NCBI GenBank assembly: GCA_950097015.1 | Contig: CATNEN010000031.1 | Coordinates: 372,001-436,000, forward strand | Length of the DNA: 64,000 bases | DNA from: Macrostomum hystrix | Lineage: Eukaryota; Animalia; Platyhelminthes | Direction of reading: 5' to 3' | Shown here: piece after piece, positions 27,301 through 36,300 of the stretch | Layout: every line of letters starts with the position of its first letter | Position numbering within the stretch: position 1 is the first letter of the stretch | Notes under the pieces: model-generated | Databases searched by the model: none | The model's input: only the letters and a program-made list of their open reading frames with translations | What the model was told of the DNA's origin: nothing | Translations under genes and position numbers: made by a program

Positions 27301-27887
27301 CGCAAACGGATACCGTACGCAGACATGCACTCACACATTGTATACATCTGCCCTGACTTTCTCATCGTCAGGCAGTGTACCATGCAAATGGGATTAAATT
27401 GCAAGACAAGCCCCCCAAGCCTTCTCTCAGCGGCTGCACCCCAAGTTGATGTGGCCTCGCCGCGGAATCGAGCTCAGGGACCTTGGTGCGAGAAGCAAAA
27501 ACGTTAAACCGCTCTGCCACTAACCCACCTGAGGTCGGGAGTTCTAATCTTAGCTTTAGGGAAATAATTGTATTTGAGCAAGACACTTGATTCCGCATTG
27601 TATCAGTTCACCCAGTTGTACGATAGATAGCAGCATCAGCTGGGATAGAAATTTGCATGGGTTTTCGGCCGTGTCCACAGACTGAGCAGCTGTACACAGC
27701 CTTTGGAAGCATGGCGCAATCACTGCAGCTTTGACACTTACGTTTTATTTATATATTCTGTCTATTTAAAACAGCAGACATCTTCGACAACATTTTTCAG
27801 AAAGCCTTCAACGCCATCATCGCTCTGATCCGTATGGGTGGCACCTTCAATCACCAAGGTTCTCAGTGCCATCAAATTCAGGCTTAG
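21400..27887 (+). CDS. Myosin light chain kinase family (MLCK/DAPK group) Ser/Thr kinase, 353 aa. Exons 21400-21463, 23767-23860, 24095-24298, 24402-24543, 24658-24851, 25058-25210, 26679-26724, 26824-26901, 27801-27887
   Basis: All junctions are GT-AG and phase-consistent (1062 nt). Motifs [52 protein letters not shown], and a C-terminal calmodulin-binding-type [17 protein letters not shown]. Confidence 0.95.
23410..23612. repeat. (CCAT)n microsatellite in a kinase intron
   Basis: Direct reading. Confidence 0.95.
27275..27528 (-). mobile_element. SINE family B
   Basis: tacatctgccctgac...ctcatcgtcagg...cgccgcggaatcgagctcagggacc, as at 13500-13808. Confidence 0.8.
27529..27730 (+). mobile_element. 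SINE family A (5'-clipped), head-to-head with the family B copy
   Basis: ggtcgggagttctaatc...ttgagcaagacacttga...cagttcacccagttgt...gcatcagctggg. Confidence 0.75.
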
Positions 27888-28989
27888 TGAAGAATGGATT
27901 AGCGCCTAATTTCTCTCTGATGGAGCAAAAGTAAGGCAACAGCGCATCCTCATCGGGTTGCTTAATTGCGTCGCACAAAACATCTGTATAGAATTCCTTG
28001 AACTTTTATAATCCGCTCGTATTCATTTCATTGGATAATCTCTATTACTCCCGAGTTTTAAGTCATAAATTAATGCATGTAATCAGACATGATAAATTCT
28101 GTCTTTTTCTATCTTTGCTTTCTCATCTAACATGAGCATACAAGCGGCCGTTTTGTTTTTATTAAATGGTAGTTCCGATTTTTTATCTATTTAAGCGAGC
28201 GCTTGGTGGATTCATTAAAAGTTTAATAATACGGCTTAGGAATGGAGCAGACAGTAGATGGAGAGAGTTGGTTCCAAGCATTGGAATTTATGAGCAAGTT
28301 CTTGAAAGTATATAGAGTTCCTGTAGTCTAAACTGTCCCAATCTCATTGCTAGACGTCAAGACGTCTTGTAGCCCATGTGGCAGAGCTGTCAAACCAGAG
28401 GGCTGAAGCAACAATCGACGATGTCGGTGCGGAGTATTTCTTGCACACCGTCTTGGTTCTTTATAGACCTTCTGAATCAAAACGGTCAGGACCTATCAGA
28501 TTCTGTTTGATCATACCCTGTCATGTTATTTTAGTTTGGTAAACAAAAACAGCTTGTTTTCAAGCCTTTCTGAACTTACTGAATTTGCGAACTCGGATAT
28601 TTGTCAAGCCTTAAATACAAACATTTTTTAACAGTAAATAGATTGAACACACATTTCTATCTGAATTGCCACTACCAGAACAACCATGCTATTTGAACTG
28701 TAACTGAACAAGTCTAAGTCTATCAGATTTCACTCAGTAATAATTCGGACTTTGGAAAATGCAGGCCTTTACAGTTTCTTTGTATACCACAAAAGCCACA
28801 GACTTTCTTGAGAAGGCGTAAGATTTGAGCAAAGTAGTCTGAGTACATGGGTTCGAATCTCATTGTTGTCTTTGGTTAGGGTCTAGTTTAGCTATATAGT
28901 TAATCTTTATTTTTAGTTCAGTGTTTCAAATAATCAAGCCCTATAATACCAGTTAGCTCTTCGCAGCAGTTCTTCAATCATGTTGTAGA

Positions 28990-29258
28990 GGGAGAGGTTG
29001 TAGCCTTGTGTTTAGAGCGTCGGACTCACGACTTGAAGGTCGGGGGTTCGATTCTTGACTCCACTCGAACACTTTGTGTCATTTAGCAAGACACTTAACT
29101 CTGCATTGCTTCAGTTCACCCAGCTGTGAAACGGGTACCAGCATCAGTTGGGGTAATTGAGGGTGGGCGTGGCGTCTCCCCCAGTCCATGGACTGAACCG
29201 CTGAACAGCCTTCAGATGTGCCGTGCAATAGCTGCCAATTGGGACAGGTGTAATCAAT
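28990..29258 (+). mobile_element. SINE family A, well-preserved full-length copy
   Basis: tRNA-like head gtagccttgtgtttagagcgtcggactcacgacttgaaggtcgggggttcgattc; body tttgtgtcatttagcaagacacttaactctgcattgcttcagttcacccagctgtgaaacgggtacc, resembling CORE-type SINE domains. Confidence 0.85.
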
Positions 29259-29475
29259 TGTAAGGTGTGCGGTGATTCATTCTCGCATCGCGTCGTAAGT
29301 TGGCTTCGTAAATTGTGCAATGCGATGTACATTCTCTGGTGTACATAGCCAATATAAAGTCGCTCACTTGAGGCTTTAGTCACCTCGTGTTTTCTCGGTT
29401 CTCGCGCAAGTCTCGCCTTCTGACCTAGTTTACATTGGTGGCAGCGGTCTCTATCTCAAGTCGGCCCACTCACTC

Positions 29476-30312
29476 ATGGCGCACGCCAATGCACTTTTGC
29501 CACCCAAGTTTTCCGGCTCAGACGATGCCGACATCAACATGTGGCTGCAAATGTTTGAGGACTTCGCCACGGATTCCGAGTGGGACGACAAAAAGATGGC
29601 ATCGAAAATCCGGCTGCTCTTATCTGGCGAGGCGCTCGTCTTCGTGTGGGACCTGCCGGAGGAGAAGAAGAAGAGCTTCGCGACCATCAAGGACGAGCTG
29701 GTCAAGTTCTACCGTGGCAAGGAGAACTCGTTCTGCGCCATGTCGGAGTTCGAGAGCCGGAAGCGACGCCAAGGAGAGTCGCTGAGGGAGCTGTGCCACG
29801 CTCTCAAGCTCTTGTACCGGAAGGCACGCCCTGACCACGATCAGACGGTGAGAGACTGCGAAGTGCGACACCGACTGCTGGCTCTGCTGTCGAAGGAGAT
29901 TCGCGAAACGTTGCTGAAAGACGCTGACTGCAGCAGCAGCAGCCCGGAGCAGCTGGCGGACCGCGCCACGGCTCTTGAGAGCATCGGCGGCAGAGGCGCC
30001 TCTGCAAGCATCGCGGTAACATCGGTGAGCAGCCAAGTGGTGGACCGGCTGGAGCAGATGCAGGAGCAGCTGGCGGACCTGGCTGCGACGGTCGCCACCA
30101 TCAGCAGCCGTGGACAGCGCGGTGCGCGAGGAAGAGGAGCTCGGGGGAGAGGCAGCGGTCGCGGGAAATGCTTCAACTGCGCTCAGCCCGGCCATTTCGC
30201 GGCCCAGTGCCCCAGGCAGGCCGCGCCAGCCGTGCCGCCCGTGTGCAGCCGCTGCTCAGGCAAAGGGCACCGGGCCGAGGTCTGCCCGACCCCGGCTTCG
30301 GGAAACTTCTGA
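29476..30312 (+). CDS. gag: Retrotransposon Gag with two CCHC zinc knuckles
   Basis: Intact 278-aa ORF containing CFNCAQPGHFAAQC and CSRCSGKGHRAEVC. Confidence 0.93.
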   Translation: MAHANALLPPKFSGSDDADINMWLQMFEDFATDSEWDDKKMASKIRLLLSGEALVFVWDLPEEKKKSFATIKDELVKFYRGKENSFCAMSEFESRKRRQGESLRELCHALKLLYRKARPDHDQTVRDCEVRHRLLALLSKEIRETLLKDADCSSSSPEQLADRATALESIGGRGASASIAVTSVSSQVVDRLEQMQEQLADLAATVATISSRGQRGARGRGARGRGSGRGKCFNCAQPGHFAAQCPRQAAPAVPPVCSRCSGKGHRAEVCPTPASGNF

Positions 30313-30358
30313 GGACTGGTGACCGTGGGCCATCACCAGCCCTGCCTAGCAAGGCCCA
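30300..30358 (+). promoter_or_regulatory. -1 programmed ribosomal frameshift signal (slippery heptamer plus H-type pseudoknot)
   Basis: G GGA AAC at 30300-30306 in the gag frame; stem 1 ctggtga (30316-22) / tcaccag (30333-39); loop tgggcc pairs with ggccca (30353-58). Confidence 0.8.
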
Positions 30359-31370
30359 AACCGCTTCGCTCTTCCTGCCCGGCAGCATCGCAGGCCGGCC
30401 CTGCAGGTGGCTGTTCGACACGGGCGCGCAGGTGACGCTCGTATCAGCTGCCCAGTTTCGAGCTCTGGGAGTCGCAGCTCAGCTTCATCCGCCTCTCAGC
30501 ACTCCGGTCGGGATCGATGGTCGACGCTTGGAGTCTCCGGCATGCGCAACGCTGGCCATTCAGCTGGGCGGACTGCCGCCCATGGAGCACCCGGTGACGG
30601 TGGTCGCCGACATTCAGCCGGAATGCGTGCTCGGCATGGACGCCATCAGCAAGATGTGCTCAACCTTCAGCGTGGATCTCATGTCGTCTTCTGTCCTGCT
30701 GGGGTCAACCAGGATCCCAGTCCTGCCAGACAGGAACTCCATGCCGGCCTGCCGGGTGGTGCCCACCGCCGTGGTCGCCAGAGTCGCCAGCACCGTGTCC
30801 ATCCCAGCCCGCAGCCGCGTCATCATCCCGGTCAAGGTGGCATCGTACGTTGAGCAGGGTCTGTTCGAGCCCAGCTCTGACTTCGTCGACAAGACCGGCC
30901 TGCTGCCGAACCGGGCTCTGGTGGTCTCCAGCGCGGACGGCAACCTGCCGGTGGGAGTCTGCAACCTGAGCGCCGACCCGGTGGTGCTCTACCAGAATCA
31001 GGCCATCGGCAACTTCGACGCTGCCGAGCCTCACGGGCCCGACGGTGAAGCTGCGGAGGAGGCCGGCTTCAACATCAACCCGGAGCTGAGCCGGTCGCAG
31101 CGCGAGGTCATCGAAGCCCTGCTGAACCAGCATGAGCTGGCATTCGCCAGTCACGAGTTCGACCTGGGGACCACGCACCTACTGCAGCACGAGATCAACC
31201 TGGAACCCGGCAGCCGCCCCATCAAGCACGAGACGGAGCTCGGTGGTGCACCACGACCGGCTGAAAGCGTTCGTGGCGAGGCGGCCGCAGCCCGCTGTCC
31301 CGCAGCCCGCCGCCGACCCACCCGCTGCAGAGAGCGACCGGCCGCCCAGTCCGGCTGCCGACCCGCGTGA
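30300..31370 (+). CDS. pol: Truncated Pol in the -1 frame: aspartic protease plus the start of RT, then out-of-frame fusion to the integrase C-terminus
   Basis: WLFDTGAQVTLV protease motif; RT N-terminus ...LLQHEINLEPGSRPIK stops abruptly; another frame carries VVHHDRLK...RRSNRTRRQPD, typical of pol ends. No YxDD, RNase H or DDE core. Confidence 0.85.
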   Translation, partial: GKLLRTGDRGPSPALPSKAQTASLFLPGSIAGRPCRWLFDTGAQVTLVSAAQFRALGVAAQLHPPLSTPVGIDGRRLESPACATLAIQLGGLPPMEHPVTVVADIQPECVLGMDAISKMCSTFSVDLMSSSVLLGSTRIPVLPDRNSMPACRVVPTAVVARVASTVSIPARSRVIIPVKVASYVEQGLFEPSSDFVDKTGLLPNRALVVSSADGNLPVGVCNLSADPVVLYQNQAIGNFDAAEPHGPDGEAAEEAGFNINPELSRSQREVIEALLNQHELAFASHEFDLGTTHLLQHEINLEPGSRPIKHETELGGAPRPAESVRGEAAAARCPAARRRPTRCRERPAAQSGCRPA

Positions 31371-32544
31371 GACCTGGCAGGAGCTGCTGGACGAACCGGC
31401 GCCTGCTGGGCCCAGACGCTCGAATCGGACTAGGAGGCAGCCAGATTTTTTTGTCGCGCAATTTTGAGCTGCTAACTACTCGTATTTTTTTGTTCTTATG
31501 AGGCTTGTAGTGCATCATTTTAAGCTGCCTAAAATATTTGTTTATTTTTTTGTTTTTAATGTCCTCAATTTAGGGATGGAGTGATGTAAGGTGTGCGGTG
31601 ATTCATTCTCGCATCGCGTCGTAAGTTGGCTTCGTAAATTGTGCAATGCGATGTACATTCTCTGGTGTACATAGCCAAATATAAAGTCGCTCACTTGAGG
31701 CTTTAGTCACCTCGTGTTTTCTCGGTTCTCGCGCAAGTCTCGCCTTCTGACCTAGTTTACAAATTATTATTATTAAATATTATTACTTATCAATCAAGGC
31801 AAGAAAAGGGCGAATTCGCATGCAGCAAAAAAATATGAGACAAACAATATGAAATTTTACGAGCGGGAATACATTCTGGAGTACAAAAATTCACTACTGT
31901 AGAATTTCGGTTTATTTTTAGAATTTGAGCCTTTACGAAAGGACAACATGCGATTTATATTGTGTTTCAGCATGCAGGAAATAGTTAACCAGCATCAGAC
32001 TTAAACAAGGCTCAGACTGGATATAAGCTATAATTATTTGTTATAATATCTATAGCATGGAAGCGCTTTTTTCAAAGTTGATGAAGTTTGAGATTAAAGT
32101 TTTAAACTTAAAGTTTGAAGGGTTAAAAAAAAGTTAAAAATAAGTTGTCAAGAAGCAATGAATACGAGCTATAACTGGAATATAATATTACGAACATACG
32201 TTTACACTTGAATAAAAAATGCTTTAATGTGATACAAAATTCCCCGCTTTTTAAAAAGGAGCAGGTTTGACTCGATTAACAGACTGATGTGTTTTATACA
32301 TAATGTGAATAGCTCTTAACAGAAAGTTTTAAGTTAGCTCTTAACATTGCATCATCAATATGCAATGAGTACTGTATGTATGATGTATGATTACTACTGA
32401 AATACAACTTTAAGGCATACTGAAATATCGCTGCTCACTCTGATAGTTGTGAATGTGAATCATTCTGAATATATGAATTAATTAATGATCATTTTTGCAG
32501 GAAGGCTGTTGCGTCGATCATCATTTTGCGTCGATAGAACCGTT

Positions 32545-33100
32545 CCGCTGACTCCCGAGTACACATGCACGCAGATATACTGTACGCTCGCACACACTCA
32601 CACAGTTGTGTACATCTGCCCTGTATTTCTAATCGTCAGGCTTTCACTGTGCCTTGGAGGACATAAATTGCATGACAAGCCCAATCCTTCTCGCGGCGGC
32701 TGCTCCCTAAAGGAATGTGGCCACGCCGCGGAATCGAGCTCAGTGACTTTGGTGTGAGAGGCAAACGCGTTAGACAATGCACTCTGCCACTCACGCTCTG
32801 GAGTGACTTTGGTGTGAGAGGCAAACGCGTTAGACAATGCACTCTGCCACTCACGCTCTGGAGTGACTTTGGTGCGAGAGGCAAACGCGTTAGACAATGC
32901 ACTCTGCCACTCACGCTCTGGAGTGACTTTGGTGCGAGAGGCAAACGCGTTAGACAATGCACTCTGTCACTCACTCTCTGGAGTGACTTTGGTGTGAGAG
33001 GCAAACGCGTTAGACAATGCACTCTGCCACTCACTCTCTGGAGTGACTTTGGTGTGAGAGGCAAACGCGTTAGACAATGCACTCTGCCACTCACGCTCTG
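32545..33100 (-). mobile_element. SINE family B whose 5' tRNA-like segment is amplified as six 60-bp tandem units (32741-33100)
   Basis: Body matches the other B copies up to ggaatcgagctc; then a 60-bp unit agtgactttggtgtgagaggcaaacgcgttagacaatgcactctgccactcacgctctgg repeats six times. Confidence 0.88.
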
Positions 33101-33366
33101 GATAAGCTAAATTTACCGCTAAGTTCAAAGTGGTTGCAAGAATAATTAGAGCATTTTTTCCAAAAAACCTTGGAAATTCTAAAAAAAGAGTTTTAATCGC
33201 ATGAATGGATAGTCTAGAAAATATACTCGTGAAAAGAAAATCTATGCTCACAGTAGTTTCTGGCTATTGATAGATTTTATGAAAAAGGATAAGGTAGAAA
33301 AATAAAAACAACTTTCTCAATTGAAAAAGCCACAATGTCAATCACAGACCACCACAGCATTTCCGA

Positions 33367-36300
33367 TCACTTGCAATTTACGCGATCAGGCAGAATTTTC
33401 GGCTCTTCGTCATCGTAAACGGACTAAAAAGGTGAACTTTGCATTCATTAGTTGTACTTTTAGTTCAAAATCTACTCGAAAAATCACCGTGCAACTCACG
33501 TTCGGGTCGATATACTCGTCGTTGTACACGGTCTGAAATAAGCCAAGAAAGGAGCAGTATAATAAAAAGGATGCAAAGAACCACCTAGTTGCTATCAGAG
33601 AAACATGAAGCTTTTTCAAAAACCTACATTCGGATCTATTGCCAGTGGCATGCTGGTCATTGGAATCGAACCCGTCTGTTTTCGAAGCACGAGCAGTTTT
33701 CTCGAAGCTTTCATTCGGCTAAACATCCGCATCGCAACAGAAGCTATTGCAGTGATAGCCAGAGTCACTACCACAGCCACAATGAGAACCGAAAACAGCT
33801 GGTCATTCGACCATTGGCCCGAATGCGGTTCTAAATAAATAGAAATCGATTTTAAAACAAAGCATCATTTTAAGCAAGTATTTTCCTCGATTCACTACTA
33901 ATGCTACGTTCCTACACCAGTGCATCGGCGTAATCTATAAAAATTTGCACATTGAAGTCATTCTTAAATACTGTCATTTTTCTCAAGGCTAAGTGGTCAA
34001 TTTCAACAGTTTAAGTACGACAAGCATGAGTTACTAGTCTGCATCGGATTGCTGACTGGAAAGCGAGACTCCAATGTGAACTCCTCAATGCCCTGTTTAA
34101 TTGAGCAGGTAAATTTGACAGGCTCGGACTTGTTCATAGCGATCTCAGCAGAGTGCTGTCCGACTAGGAAAACTTCAGAGCCGCTCGCAGTTACGACCTA
34201 AATTAGAAGGATCTCTTAATTTCAAATTGAGGCATTCAACGAGTCTAAAAGGGCATATTTCTCACAAATCGAGTTCCTGTGTTAGTGAGTAGTGAACAAT
34301 TTACTATTGGGCTCGGAAAACCCTCGGTGACACTGAAGAAGATGAGCACAGATGATACTGAAATCTTTGCTCCCGTCAGCAGCACATGAGACCGGACTGA
34401 AAAGTCACGAAAACGGCACCATGTTTGGATCGCACCAAAAAAATGAAAAAAAATCGATAGCACCTGCCCCAATCGGGCCAGTTTGCGGCTGAGAAGGGCT
34501 GTTGAGTCAGTTGCCTGGGGCATCCTAAACCCAGAATTTCGCCAGCTAATTCTGGTACCCATTCAGCATCTGGGTGAACTCAATAAATGCCGAGTTAAGT
34601 GTCTTTCTAAAAGTTAAAAATGGTTACACTGAAGTCTGGAATCGAACCCGCGATCTTCGAGTCGTGAGTCCAACGCTCTAACCACTAAGCTACAACTCCC
34701 AACTCCTTCCTGCCAAAACAGGCACCATTACAGAGGCATATGGTTTAATTTTATTTGCGCTTGTAAATATTTGCGAGCATAAATTTTCTCAATTAAGTTA
34801 TTCATTAAGTAATGTTTGATTTGGTGAGAACATTACGACGAATTAGGCTCGTAAATTATATACATAGAAAACAATTCCGAAATCACTTACAGAGAGCGTG
34901 GGGCAGCTGATAGCTTTGCCAGGTCTCAGCAATTCCAGATTGGTTCACCAGACACCTGATATATCCAGAGCTGCCCCAGCTTTTGCTAACAACCAGGCGG
35001 AAATTTGTGCTTGAATTCGTTATCTGCAGCATAAAAGAAACGGAATTCATCAATCCTCATGCATATACCTTTGCTATGATAGAGTTCATGAAGCATTTAT
35101 AATGTTCATTTGCGAGTCCTTTGGCATCAATATACCCTCAGCACAGCGAGCAAGAAATTATGCCAAACACTAAATTTTATTTAATTTCTTGTCTGTTACG
35201 ACTTCGGTTTTGGAAGTAAACAATGAAGACTTTTAGTCAATCATGGGCAAAAACAACTAAATAGACCAAAGCAATGAGGATTCCTCTCATTCCTCTCTAG
35301 GATTCAGTATCAGCTCACCGAGAGGACTGGCAGGTTGATCTTGTCAACAGCAGGAGTCTCCAGTAGGCAGGTGCAGATTGTTGGCACCTGACTAAGGTTC
35401 GTGAAATCAAGCGTCACGGTAACAGTGTCGCCGTGCTTCCAATGGCTGGCTGGTGGCAGCTGCAATTCAGGTCTAATCGGTGCTGCAACAAAAATTTTCT
35501 GTACTCTCTTACACATCTATTGAGAAATGAAAGCTGGTAAATTGTACTCGCATGATCACAGGAATTAACAGCTTACCAACCAGCTCAGGTAGCTGAAGTG
35601 TTTGATTGCTTCTTATGCAGGCTCCTTTGAGCACCGACGCACAGAAGATCTGTTTGCCGGACATATCGTTCCGAATATTGAGCCTATACTCAGATTTCAG
35701 GCTGATAGTATGGGGTGCGGTGGCACTTTCCACGAATTCCTGATCGGCGATTTAAGAACATTCTGAACATAAAAACGCTAATTGTTTTGTGCTCAAGGCT
35801 GGCCAAACCTAAAGTTGCGCAGCTTTTATTGTAATACCTTTACAAGGAGAAACTTGACGAGATTGTCATACTTTATGAATAATTACTTGTATTATCAGTG
35901 TAATTATAACCATTCTGCTACTAAATCCAAATTCAAACGAGCCATGTGAGAGTATTTAGTATTTCATGCATAGGAGGTTGTACTATTGATTTACAAAATT
36001 CCTTTATGTATTCCTCATAGGCATTTTGCACTGCTCTTTCTATCATCCATGCATTTTATAACGTAATTAAAAAACGCTTTTCTAAAAGCCTCTGAAAATA
36101 ATTCAGAGATATTACAAAAACATTAGAATATTAACAGTAGAACTACCGTGGGGGGGAATTCTCCCCCCAGGCAATTTTTTGTGCTGCACCCTAACGGAAC
36201 TACGCAAGCACACGAAACTCAAGAGCACGGGCCAACTTTTTGTTGCGCATCTTCTGAGACAAGAATCAAGTCGCCAGTTCTCTTCAGACCGTTGAGATAT

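Larger units (their letters stand above)
29259..31761 (+). mobile_element. Ty3/Gypsy LTR retrotransposon, internally deleted (gag + protease only), 2.5 kb
   Basis: LTRs 29259-29434 and 31585-31761 (TG...CA, differing by one A indel). PBS tggtggcagcggt is complementary to a tRNA-Leu 3' end; PPT agggatggagtga precedes the 3' LTR. Confidence 0.96.

Noticed and set aside
28990-29065. tRNA gene candidates here and at 34630-34701 and 28800-28870
   Set aside because: Acceptor and anticodon stems do not pair properly, and for the first two the sequence runs into a SINE body; they are treated as SINE heads or relics.
32741-33100. 60-bp repeats and other regular arrays as possible CRISPR
   Set aside because: No unique spacers, no cas genes, eukaryotic context; these are plain tandem repeats.
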